Shown here piece after piece: positions 42,090 through 53,516 of a stretch of 64,000 bases of DNA (the stretch's first letter is position 1; each line of letters starts with the position of its first letter). Both the position numbers and the translations under genes were made by a program. Under the pieces are notes generated by a model. It saw only the letters and a list, made by a program, of their open reading frames with translations. It was not told where the DNA came from and searched no databases. Source of the stretch: Antedon mediterranea (lineage: Eukaryota; Animalia; Echinodermata); the NCBI RefSeq assembly GCF_964355755.1, contig NC_092678.1, forward strand, positions 2,496,422 to 2,560,421, in the 5' to 3' direction.

Positions 42090-45000
42090 GGGTGTGTCGA
42101 AAGCGAAGACCTCGAAAGCGAAGATCGAAGACCGAAGACCTCGAACGCGAAGACCCTACGAAATGGCAGTGTGCACAAAATCCGACCAAAATCATACAAA
42201 ATCGTGATAACACCTTGAATTTACAGATCCTGAAAAAATATTTCAATTTTAATCGTTATATTATAAAAAATCATGACTTTATCTATGAACAAGCTCACGT
42301 GTTTTCGCCAATGGAGTTAATATGTGATATAGTTTTACGAACAAACACATCGCGCTATTTGCAAGGCGACGGACGCACAAGAAGGACCTCGCACATTAAA
42401 TGTCACTTGTTCCGATAACAATTTAAAATCATAGCCAATTGTTTATAAGTATAGAAATAAACTACAGTAAGTAAATTGTAAGAAGTAAAGGATGGCGGTA
42501 GGCCCGGTATTTAGGTTTATTTTAGAGCCTATAGGCCTATAAAAAGTGTCCGTATCATAGATTTTACACTTGCTTTTAAATGTTAGGTACAGAGATCTTT
42601 TTTGCATTTAAATATGTTGCTATGTGTTTTTTATCTATAATATTTGCCTATTGTTTATTATCTAAATGTATGAATAAATACAATAAGATATTCATTTTCC
42701 TGTATTGTATTTAAACTTTTCCATTTTCCCATTGTAACTATTGCTATTTTACTTAATCGCCAGTTTCAAAATGTTTTCTAATGTATTCATAATAGACAAA
42801 TAATAGGGCCTATATCAGTATCAGAATATTTAGTGTGGTTGGAGAAGCGACCGATGATGTAAAGAAAAATGTAAATTTTTTTTGGTTAATGAAATATTTA
42901 TTTTCCTTTTAAGGAAAATAAATATTTCATTAACCAACGTATGAACCACTAAACAAAACAAATTCTGCCGCAACGTATCATTGGCGCGCGCAACAGAAAA
43001 TCTATCTATCTATCTTCTATCTATTTTGCATCCCCTCTTAAGATCGAGAATCATGATGAACGTAATAAAGCAGAAACGGTGTTGAACACATCGGTTCCCA
43101 CTTGTGATGACACGTCACGCAACGTTATTTTCTTACGGCGCACTTTGCGTCGATCTGAAAACCAATTTCAGCTCTTAAAATATTTCCCGGGCCAATGACA
43201 GTTCGTCCCAACAGCTTACCGTGAACTAACGGAACTTTATTTTATATCTTTGTATTGTCAAAGTAAAAAATAATACTGTATTCAAATTATGATTTGACGA
43301 AAGGCTAATACTGTAGAACGAACGATAGACATCACACTCTGAACATTTTTCTTGATCGTTAACCCGTTATAATAGTATAATTCTGTTAGATTTGTTTGTA
43401 TTAGTGTCAATTCTATATTTAAATGGTCAACAACCGGTAACCTGTTCCTTAATTAAAATGTTATGTTTTCTTTTGTTAATGGACACTCATGGCAGGGATG
43501 CAAACATTTAGAAGCGGGACGTCGACAATCTGTTGAAAATCGGGAGACTGTTGAATAGTCGTCTCAACCACAAGCCTGTGAGATAGAAGGTTGGGGGTTA
43601 GAGTGGTTAAGCCCGATAAACATTCACCATCACTTAATAAAGATTTATAGAGAGTATCTCTTTTTGTATTCACCACGGGCAATGCTTGAAAACAAAAGTC
43701 AGTTTTTTATTTGATGATGAGGAAAATTGTGGTTGGCGGAACTGGAACTTCATTAAACTAATCTTTTGACAGTGTCGGTAAACGTAATACCGATATGAAT
43801 AAACACCCGTTTTAATATTGAAAAATAAATTAAACGTGAACACACTATCGTCACTAATCATATTGTAACAAAATCGGCAACTTGTAATTTTGGAGGGAAT
43901 ATTTTTTATTTCAATCTTTGTTTTGAATGGCTTTTGTCTTTGTGAACGTTCACATAATGGCATAATTATTCGGAATTATGGAAGCCGTGAAACAGATGAT
44001 ATGTCGCAGGAAACGACCGATTTATAACCAAAATTTGCAGAACGCTGATGCCTATATCGTTCGTTCTTTTTACTTCTTGTCAAATCATAATTTGAATATA
44101 TTCTGCCAATTTTGACCCGGGAAATATTTTAAGAGCTGGAATTAGTATCCAGATCGACGCAAAGTGCGCCTTAAGAACAAATTTGCGTGTCATCACAAGT
44201 GGGAACCGACGTGTTCAACGCCGACTGCTTTACGTTCTTCATGATTCTCGATCGTAAGAGGGGATGCAAAAATAGATAGAAGAGTATTTTCTTATGTTGC
44301 GCGCGCGTTCAATACAATACGTTGCGGCAGGATGTTTTCGTTTAGTAGTTCATACGTTGGTTAATGAAATATTTATTTTACATTTTTCTTCTTTACATAG
44401 TACTGTCGCTTCACCAACCACACTAACCGATACTGATAATATTATTTGTCCATTATGAATACATTAGAAAAACATTTTTAAACTGGCGAATAATTAAATC
44501 AGTAATACTGTAGTATTGGCTACAATGGGGAAAATGTACAAGTTTAAAATACTATACAGAATAACTCCAGGAAAATAAATATCTTATTGTATTTATTCAT
44601 ACAAATAGGCAAATATTATAGATAATAAACATACATCAACATAATAATATTTAAATGCAAAAAAAAGGATCTCTTAGTTGTATTCACGCGTACGTATAAC
44701 ATTTTTAAAAACAAGTGTAAAATCTATGATACGGACACTTTTTATATAGGCTCTAAAATTAGGCTAAATGCCTATCGCCATCCTTTACTTCTTACAATTT
44801 ACTTACTTTAATTTATTTACTTTACTGTGTAGTTTATTTCTATACTTTTCTATACAGTTGGCTATGGTTTTAAATTGTAGGCGACGTGTGCTACAATACA
44901 AAGTTATCGGAAAAAGTGACATTTAATATTGCATTCAATTCGAGGTCCTTCTTGTGTGTCCGTCGCCTTGCAAATAGCGCGATGTGTTTGTTCGTAAAAC

Positions 45001-45233
45001 TATATCACATATTAACTCCATTGGCGAAAACACGTGAGCTTGTTCATAGATAAAGTCATGTTTTTTGATAACATAACGATTAAAATCGAAATATTTTTTT
45101 AGAATCTGTAAATTCAAGGTGTTATCATCGATTTTGGTCGGATTTTGTGCACACTACCATTTCGTAGGGTCTTCGCTTTCGAGGTCTTCGGTCTTCGATC
45201 TTCGCTTTCGAGGTCTTCGCTTTCGACACACCC
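42090..45233. mobile_element. Foldback-type (Mutator/MuDR-like) DNA transposon, non-autonomous
   Basis: Inverted arms ~42090-43350 and ~44030-45233 with termini GGGTGTGTCGAAAGCGAAGACC; CGAAGACC subterminal repeats; exact 10-bp TSD CTTTTCTAGT (42080-42089, 45234-45243). Confidence 0.92.
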
Positions 45234-46158
45234 CTTTTCTAGTAAACAGCAGCCGGTACACAATCGTTTAGAATAACTAAAATCACGATTATCCTTGCCT
45301 ATTTTAATATGTTTCCATTGCTTTTTTCTGATAATTAAATAAGGTAGTTTTGTTATACTTCACATATAAAATATTATTATATAATAACATTTAAATAAAT
45401 TAGGTTTGAATTTATTTTCATTGATTTTCATTTTTTTCCACCAAAAATATTATGAACACGCGCATGGGGCCGGGGTACTGTTTTGCTCGTAGGCTGCTTT
45501 GTAGGCCTAGCTTTTATAAGCTATGTATTCGTTTAATTAATTAATAACATTATAATTTAGAATATTCTGGTAAGGGTTTTGAATTTGATATGAATGATCG
45601 TTTGCGTAATGTGTAGTTTCCTTAAATTAATGTAGTTTTTGTAGGCCCTCGCTTGTTTGCCATATTAATTATTATTATCGTCTGCCATGCCAATTCAATT
45701 GCTCTTCTACTACTAGCCTAGGCCTAGACCTAGGCCGTAGGCCTAGGCTAGACTCTGGTAGACTGGGTCTGAACTGGCAAAGGCAGTGCGGCTAGGCTAG
45801 GGCCTATATGCCTATCTAGACGACACAACCACACACAGAGCCTGGATGTAATATATAGGTATTTATTCATAAAAAAAACACATAAATAGTACAAACAGAA
45901 GGCAGCCAACGGCTAAATAATTCTGCAAACAACGTACAAAGTAAAAATTCAAAAGAATCTAACAACAATATAATATATACAAGTACACAGTAAATCAAAT
46001 CATTAAAAATCCGTTAACATTCTTTAAAATGTTATGCGCAATTACTATTAATACTAATAAATTATTTTTTCAGGGGTACAATATAATGTTGGCTACTCCT
46101 AATCTAGGCTAGTCAAAATCATATAAAAGATATATATTTTTTCATTTCAGTATTCAAA

Positions 46159-46776
46159 ATGTCTGCGAACTCAAGTACATGGAACAATTATCGTCATGAT
46201 AGAAATATACAGACAAACATAAATCATGGATCGGCACCATTCCCAAAGCGCCAAAGGTTAATGACCGGAGATGGTACGGATGAAATTGACGAGTTCACAG
46301 AAGACGATGACGATTTTACATCTGAAGATTTCCTCGCTATGGATGAACTGGCCTCGCAAGCGCTAACTCAAAATACAAATAGTTCCAAAAGCAAACTCCA
46401 GAATGAAAAAACTCCACTTAAAAAATGCAATTCCAATCGGGAAAATGCACCCTCTCCATATAATTCAAAGGTGTACTATCATCAACATTACCCACGTTCT
46501 GTCTCTTCTAAATCAATTCCATTTGAAGGGAAATCACAAAAGGTGTATCCGGTTCAAACTAATATACCGTTTGGAATTTCTGGTAAACATTCCAAAACGC
46601 AAAAAGGTGCACCAGTGAGTAAGACCAACATGGCAAGAGGTACAACAGCTAGTCTTACGCCCCCTGCAGACCAATCTACAAACAACGGTTTATCTGAAGT
46701 ATCTGTGGAATCGCACTCTGTTAGCTTTCAGGAATTTGAAAATATCAAGAGAGAATTAGAGAAAACAAAAAGTGAG
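46159..46776 (+). CDS. ATRIP: ATR-interacting protein, coding exon 1
   Basis: DDDDFTSEDFLAMDELASQALTQ matches the ATRIP RPA-binding motif (human DFTADDLEELDTLASQALSQ); acceptor at 46150, AAAATG start, donor GAG|GTAAAT. Confidence 0.9.
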
Positions 46777-46881
46777 GTAAATTTGGAAAAGTATGAACAA
46801 AAGGGATTAGGTCAAAATTATTTTTATATACAGTACATTTATATTTACAATAACGTATTCATGATTTATTTTTTTTCAATA

Positions 46882-47122
46882 TAGTTTACTGTATGAGACA
46901 CAGTCACTGCAAACGCAGCGTGTGTGTGATTAGTTTACTGTATGAGACACAGTCACTGCAAACACAGCGTGTGTGTGATTAGTTTACTGTATGAGACACA
47001 GTCACTGCAAACACAGCGTGTGTGTGATTAGTTTACTGTAGAGACACAGTCACTGCAAACACAGCGTGTGTGTGATTAGTTTACTGTATGAGACACAGTC
47101 ACTGCAAACACAGCGTGTGTGT
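46882..47122. repeat. 49-bp minisatellite x5 in ATRIP intron
   Basis: TAGTTTACTGTATGAGACACAGTCACTGCAAACACAGCGTGTGTGTGAT. Confidence 0.95.
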
Positions 47123-47346
47123 AATTACCCAAACAAACATTTGCTAAATAATTGCATAAACAGATTAAAAAGTAAACAAAAAGTAGTTACTGCATTATCT
47201 GCAGTAAAAAGTAACATTCTTTTTATATTAATAAAGCCCATTCCCATTTGAACACCAGCATTGCCATCACATCTGCAGTAATAGAGAAACCTAAACATAG
47301 CTTAAACTGTAAACTATTGGTATAAAAATGATTTATTTTTATACAG

Positions 47347-47517
47347 ATGAAAACTTTGCAAAGTGAGAGGTTTGGTAAAGATGGAGAAATTAAAGTTCTA
47401 CGACAAAACCAGACCAAGTTAAATACTGAATTGAATAGAATACACCTTGAAAGAATTGAAAAAGAACAGGTAGCCAAGATGCAGAGAACAGAAAGAGAAA
47501 AAGAACTACAAACTCAG
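47347..47517 (+). CDS. ATRIP: ATRIP exon 2 (coiled coil, KDGEIKVLRQ)
   Basis: tacAG/GTAGCA, 171 bp phase 0-0; matches human KNGEIKILRD. Confidence 0.92.
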
Positions 47518-47607
47518 GTAGCATATCTTATGACCTACTGTATGACCATCCACTCGATCACATATTTAAAATTGGTGTTACATTTTTCCTGTATGTTTTT
47601 TTTTTAG

Positions 47608-47860
47608 CTCGAGAAGCTAAAAACAGAGATGCATTTTAAAAATCAAGAACTACTCGAGACACAGAGTTTGTACAAATTATCAGAGATGAAACAACAAAAG
47701 GCTAATGGGTTACTGATGTCGCCAACATCTCCAAGACGAAGTCAGCGGCGGGTGAAAGTCAAGTCGCCTGGCACACCTAAAGGATTTCCGACTTGTCGAT
47801 CCTTTATGGCTAAGGACGGTGATGCCGATACTACGGAGAAAATGAGTACAAACGACACAG
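47608..47860 (+). CDS. ATRIP: ATRIP exon 3 (LEKLKTEMHFKNQEL...SPTSPRR...FPTCRSFMA)
   Basis: ttttAG/GTAAAA; resembles human ELQFKDAE and FPTKESFSA motifs; CDK-type SP sites. Confidence 0.9.
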
Positions 47861-48072
47861 GTAAAAATTATAGGAAGCTTGTAGCTACTAAAACCCTTTT
47901 TGTTTATCTAGGTTTAACACTAACTTTGGCATTTTCAAGATTCCAGATAATTGTTATTAAAGAAGAAATAACAAATTTTTATTTAAAAATTGAAACAAAT
48001 TGAATTGAAATACTGTATGTATTAATTTAATATGTATAAATGGGGAACATTAAAAACATTTTCTGTTTACAG

Positions 48073-48153
48073 TTGAAAAGGATGAAGAGAAAACAAAAGG
48101 GCCGACATTACCTTTGTCTTACAGAGCATGCTCATCGGACAAAATGTTCACAG
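48073..48153 (+). CDS. ATRIP: ATRIP exon 4 (VEKDEEKTKGPTLPLSYRACSSDKMFT)
   Basis: ttacAG/GTAAGA, 81 bp, phase 1-1, open frame. Confidence 0.75.
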
Positions 48154-48673
48154 GTAAGATAAATTGAAAAAGCTGTAAATCACTCAACACTCTATTTCCT
48201 TGTCACCATTATCTTAAATGTTTAAATTTATTAGTTTTGAAGAAGAGAAACTTCAATTTAATCTAATCCATTAGGAGAAGTCTTTTAATTTAATGTTTAA
48301 ATGTGTTGTTAATAGCAAATTGACACCTTACATCCATGGTGTGAACTTAAAGTTAAATGTTTAAATTGGTTGTTAAGGGTGATAAAAAGCAATAAATCTG
48401 TCGTCACTCTCTGACTTTGATTCTAATGGGGGAAACGATAGCAAATCTGACCACTTAAAATATTTAAAGGTGATTTAGATAAGTGTGTTAGACCTACAAT
48501 CCTGTTGTTTAACTTGCGTGTTTAGAGTTACATGGAATTAACAGATATAACACTGGTTGTTTATCAATTAATTACAGCCCAAATTATAAATTTTGGGACC
48601 AGAATTATTGGAATGCCCTGCCCAGTTAGGTATAATATAATAGACACTAACCATAATCAAAAAATAAGTATAA

Positions 48674-48788
48674 AGCTCTGTCTACACTTTATGTGACAAA
48701 ACAATTTGATGTGCAAATATATGGACAGAAAGATGTCATCACTACCATATTATTTGGGAAAATCTATTTTTTGATACTGTAGACAGCT
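48674..48788. mobile_element. Harbinger MITE family A (degenerate)
   Basis: TAA TSDs, TIR remnants. Confidence 0.75.
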
Positions 48789-48971
48789 TAAGTGTTTCTG
48801 AATGGAGCTCAAATGTGTTGGCTGCAGAAAATTCAAATTCTAGAGAGATCTTTCTAGATTGTTTATATTTTATATTCTTATTTACATTTTATTTTGGATG
48901 TTGATTATTTTTGTACTTGATATTTAATTTTTTTTACATTTATTTCTATATTTTGAAATTTTTTTCACCAG

Positions 48972-49140
48972 GCAACTATTGTGGGGCCAGACTGCTGAAA
49001 ACTGTTCTAGAAAGACCAGCATCTTCAGCATACACAGATAACAATAATTTCAATACTGGGTTAGTTACGTTACTAAATCCTACGACGACTCGTTTAGACC
49101 AGTGTTCAATGAAGAAGGACAATGTTTCCTCTACAGGGAG
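48972..49140 (+). CDS. ATRIP: ATRIP exon 5 (GNYCGARLLKTVLERP...GLVTLLNP...), ends at a GC donor
   Basis: caccAG acceptor phase 1; AG|GCAAGT donor gives the phase 2 required by the next exon. Confidence 0.8.
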
Positions 49141-49630
49141 GCAAGTATAAAGATACAATTTACCGTTACATAATAAGTAATGAGGGTCAATGTGAAAGAA
49201 TGCCTCTATATCTGAAATTTGTTTTGTTTTTATATATTCAAGATTACCATACAGTAATCAAATTAATTCACTATCCTTAACAGGACAAACATATACACAA
49301 GATGCATAATGATTTTTTAAATGTTTTTGTTGAATATGCCATGTTAATGTCACATACAGTAGTTATTCACTTTGACCATAGAGATATTATAGTGTTAATG
49401 CTTTGACCAATAATTGGATCGGAAAAAAATATATTTACCGGAAAAATGTAATATAATTTAAAGCAAAAAATAGTCAAATTGGCTGGAAGTAAATAGTTTT
49501 TTAGTTTAATTTAACCATTGATTTTGTCTTTTTATAAGTAAAAACTTTTTTTTTTAAATTTTTTTTTTGGGGGGGACAATACATCTTTAATACAATGTTG
49601 ATTATATTTTGTTGTTTTCTGTTTTAATAG

Positions 49631-50117
49631 GTTGACTTCCTTGAGAGAAGACACAGTCAAGAAGTTTGAATCTTCATTATCTGTTTACTCAGAAAATGTT
49701 GACTTAGCTTTAAGGACAGTTATAGATCTTTTGAACAGTACTACTACATCTACTGATGACAATTTGAATACCTCAGAGAAAAACACTGCCATCCAACTAT
49801 TGCCATCTCTTGAACACCATTTGACACTCTATGTCGATCATCTGGACAAACCATTTGACATCCCGACATCCTCCACCACGCTGACATCCACCAGTAGTCT
49901 CAATACCAGATCGTTGGATATGTATCAAAGCTCTTCTATGACTTCTAAGGATTTCTCTTTGACCTGTTTGGAAGATAATGTCTTGAGTGCCTTAGTGGTG
50001 CTGCAGAAGTTGGTCGGATGTTGTGATGCTGTTGCTAATAAGATTCTTGCACAAGATCTGTTGGAGGTTCCATTGTCAATTTCTACAATAGATTTTGATG
50101 TATCCGCACCTCTTATT
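49631..50117 (+). CDS. ATRIP: ATRIP exon 6 (helical-repeat region; AIQLLPSLEHHLTLY...ALVVLQKLVGCCDAV)
   Basis: taatAG acceptor; long open frame; donor GTTAGT at 50118 (alternative in-phase donor GTATCC at 50100). Confidence 0.82.
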
Positions 50118-50422
50118 GTTAGTATTACTTTTCACTTATTTTCTAAATAATGTAACAGCGGTATAAGTGTGAATGACCTCCACTTGACCTGCTCTTTCCT
50201 ACCCTTCCATTTAAAAAAAAGCAAAAATACTTTGGTCAACACTGATGAATGTGTACACATATGGCATGTGTGCACTTTAAAGAACCCAGTGCATCTTTCA
50301 GAAGAGTAGGTTACTCTGGTGTACCTGTACTCAGCCCAGTTAGGCTTCGAAACACAGGTCACTCCCAACAAATGTACTGTTTAAATTTAGAATATATGAC
50401 ATAATGTTTCTTTATTTTGTAG

Positions 50423-50625
50423 AGTCAATCTGGTACATGCAAGTCTACCATTTCAGTCCACGACAGTTCTTCTGGTTTGAATTTTGTGAGGTCACACATT
50501 TTTAAAAAGCTTGTTAGACTTATTTGCATCCAGCAGAAAGCTTGCCAGCATAGTAAAATCATGGAAGAGGCCTTGAAACTGTTGGTTATCCTCACAAGAA
50601 GATGTGAAAAATCTATGCTGATAAG
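50423..50625 (+). CDS. ATRIP: ATRIP exon 7
   Basis: ttgtAG/GTAACT, 203 bp phase 0-2, open frame (…IMEEALKLLVILTRRCEKSMLIR). Confidence 0.82.
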
Positions 50626-50849
50626 GTAACTTTGTCAAGTAAATTTTCAAACTAATCATTGATAACATTTAAAAATCAGAATGATTTAAAATAATTTATT
50701 TTAAACAAAATCACACCCTACTGTGGAAAATCTTACAGAATTTAAACAATTATTTATTCATTCGGCTCGGGAGTTTCAAAATCAAGAACACACTGTCGTC
50801 TGAATGACATGCGACTCCCTAGATAAATGGATGTGTGTGGCTGTGTGTG

Positions 50850-51042
50850 TGTACTAGTACACCAGGGTAATCCCCTACTTGTCTGAAAAGATGTACTAGG
50901 TTCTTTAAAATTCACACGAGCCAGATGTGTACACTAGACCTACGGTTTATATTCCTTATTATCAGAAACCATGGAGGGAGTGAACCTCGGACCCTTGCCG
51001 ATGTTATGGCTATGGATTGTGGTTCCACTGTCTAAACCATTC
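50850..51042 (-). mobile_element. DeuSINE-like SINE
   Basis: Reverse complement of the element at 1-150, including AATCCATAGCCATAACATCGGCAAG. Confidence 0.75.
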
Positions 51043-51314
51043 ATCCTCACTCTCACTTTTAACTGCTTGGCTACTCACTTGCACCATGCAGATTAACTAA
51101 GTAACTTAAAAACATTTAAAACTATATGAAAATATCTATAATGAAATCTCTTATAATACATATAAATTTAAAATCCTAGTAGTACAAGTTATGAAACCAT
51201 GTTTTAGTCATACATTCAGGAAACCATGTGAAACCAAGTTTGTACTAAAGGACAATACTTAGTTGAATACCATTAGTGTTCTGTGCCTTATTTTTTAAAC
51301 CATATTTGTTTCAG

Positions 51315-51457
51315 ATTTAAAGTACTTCTTATTGAAGAACCCTTTCCGAATCTGCTTGATCTTGACATCACTTTTGAACAGGTTCACCTTGTTCTTGATT
51401 TACTTGTGAACTTAGCTGCAAACTTTGACCTAGCTAAAACATTCTGCAATCAAAAAG
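51315..51457 (+). CDS. ATRIP: ATRIP exon 8 (FKVLLIEEPFPNLL...LAKTFCNQK)
   Basis: tttcAG/GTGATT, phase 2-1. Confidence 0.85.
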
Positions 51458-51654
51458 GTGATTAAGTAAATTAAATTTTCTTTGATATTTGTTTTTGATA
51501 GCCTATCCTGAATGATCTATACACTTAATATTTGACAAAATGTTTTCTTTATTTCGTTATATATACTTTATATTATCAATTTATTTTGTCTATTTCTATC
51601 TATTTTTATTTCACTGTATTTCCTGTATCTTATAATTTACTTTTATAATTTCAG

Positions 51655-51743
51655 ATTCATGTCTGCTGCTAAAACTATATGAATATGCTGTATATGGTCT
51701 GCAAGATTTTTCTCTCTGTCAAATAACATTGATAAGGTCAAAG
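51655..51743 (+). CDS. ATRIP: ATRIP exon 9 (DSCLLLKLYEYAVYG...)
   Basis: tttcAG/GTTAGT, phase 1-0; resembles human EGCLLLLLYMY. Confidence 0.87.
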
Positions 51744-51993
51744 GTTAGTTTTCAATATTTAATATTACTATAATCAACTGTCAATCATTCAATGCTAGCA
51801 CAACTTGTCTAATGAATTAATTTGATACCTTGAATTATTGTTTTGAGTTTTTTATAAAGTTTTGTTCTGTTTTTAAAACTCTTCTTCTCACAGATTTATA
51901 AATCATAGCATTGTATGATCTGCTATCACAAACACTTTACTGATGTTTAAAATCCATCCTACATCTTTCACATATAATGGTTTTTTCATACAG

Positions 51994-52154
51994 GTGTTTA
52001 AGTTGTTATCAAGTGTTATATTTGGACACTCCTTGGGTTTGAAGCTGCTCTCAGAAGCTAATTGCAGATGCAGCCTGCAGCTCGTTAAAACGGTAATCTT
52101 GACTTTAGATAAAGAGTACAGAGAATTATCAACTACAGAAGACTACCTTATTAG
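51994..52154 (+). CDS. ATRIP: ATRIP exon 10 (…ANCRCSLQLVKTVILTLDKEY…)
   Basis: tacAG/GTGAGT, phase 0-2; conserved CxC motif (human SNCQCNVEVVRAL). Confidence 0.88.
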
Positions 52155-52207
52155 GTGAGTTATATTTTCAAAATATCTCACAACTCTTATGACAGGCAGT
52201 TCTCTTA

Positions 52208-52341
52208 AGCTCTGTCTACACTATCAAACTTTATTTGACAAAAAAATGGGATGTGCCTATATATGATGATGTCATATCACTACCATATTTGGGCACATCA
52301 CACTTTTTTTGTCAAACTAGTTTGATAGTGTAGACTGAGCT
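52208..52341. mobile_element. Harbinger MITE family A
   Basis: TIRs intact, TTA TSD on both sides. Confidence 0.88.
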
Positions 52342-52563
52342 TTATGCATAGCTTACCTTTGTGCCTAGTCCATTTCACTTGATGTCCTATCTGAAGGAAA
52401 AGGAAATGAAAGTTGCACAGCTGATCCTTTCCGACACACCATTCTGGTAATGGTGCTGATCGCAATCTCTCTCATATTGTTTTTTGATTTTAAAAACTCC
52501 ACACTGGGTGTTTAAAACAACGTGGACATATCTATCTAATTTATTTTTTTTATATTTTATTAG

Positions 52564-52724
52564 ACTTGCATTTCTAAGACAGGGTATTGTGTTACTTCAC
52601 ACGCTGTCATTTAACGATCAACTGTTTCATGAACACCGTATAGATGTGGAACATTACTATGTGCATCTTATAACAGGATTATCAAAACTGTTTAAACAAT
52701 CTGATGTGATTCCAGACCAAGAAG
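52564..52724 (+). CDS. ATRIP: ATRIP exon 11 (LAFLRQGIVLLHTLSFNDQLFHEHR...)
   Basis: attAG/GTAAGA, phase 2-1; LR...LLH.LS..D.LF C-terminal ATRIP motif. Confidence 0.88.
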
Positions 52725-52746
52725 GTAAGACAGACTTCCCTAATAA

Positions 52747-53078
52747 AGTGTGGCTCCCACTAGCCATGCAACGCAACATAACCTACGCAACATAAGGAAA
52801 TGCTATTCCAATAATTTTGTTTGCCCCGCCTGCGTGAAATCAAACCTGCTTAGTTGCTCGTCAACATTAGTTGCTGTAGACTTGACCTGGTACACCCAGC
52901 ATACTTTCGAGTACGCGCTGTACTATATTTTCCTGTGTTCTTACGTTTGTTGCGTGAAACCAAACTGAATTGATTTCCCATAGCGATTTTGCAGCACTGT
53001 TGAGTCGTCTGTTCCCACTTGTGATTACGCAATACAGCACTTTGTGTCATTGCGTTGCATCCTAGTGGGTACCATGCT
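52747..53078. mobile_element. MITE family B, long variant
   Basis: Termini TGGCTCCCACTAG..ATGCAACGCAA / TTGCGTTGCATCCTAGTGGGTACCA. Confidence 0.7.
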
Positions 53079-53222
53079 TTACAGACACTGTAACTAGAGA
53101 TCCCCCCATTTAAGGACCCTTTAATTACCCACCCCTCTTATCATAGGCAATCTCTATTTTTTGGCCCCCCTATTCAAAGACCCTTTTAAGGAATCCTCCA
53201 ATAGATAATTTTTGTTTTACAG

Positions 53223-53323
53223 TTTATATTGTAGAGGAATTGTGGGATTTTGACCAGTCTGACGATAATGAGTGGGAACAGGAGGGCGATTATGAAGCGC
53301 AGACAGATATGGACGTGTCATAA
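53223..53323 (+). CDS. ATRIP: ATRIP terminal exon (VYIVEELWDFDQSDDNEWEQEGDYEAQTDMDVS*)
   Basis: ttacAG acceptor phase 1, acidic tail, TAA stop. Confidence 0.85.
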
Positions 53324-53516
53324 ATACTTTTGATATAGCTTGCATATATCAAATTCATATACAATAGAGTAATAGATGCAGCCATTAGGCGATCTAACTA
53401 AGTTTTTCAACTTATGATTACATGTAGTAAGTTTTAAGGTGATAATGAATTATAGTACCATTATTATAGCCATATTATAACTATAATAATAAGTATTACC
53501 TCAAAACCTACTACAC

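Noticed and set aside
42092-42418. 108-aa ORF and its near-identical inverse at 44935-45117
   Set aside because: Both lie in the inverted arms of the foldback element; identity reflects the TIRs, and no transposase motif is visible.
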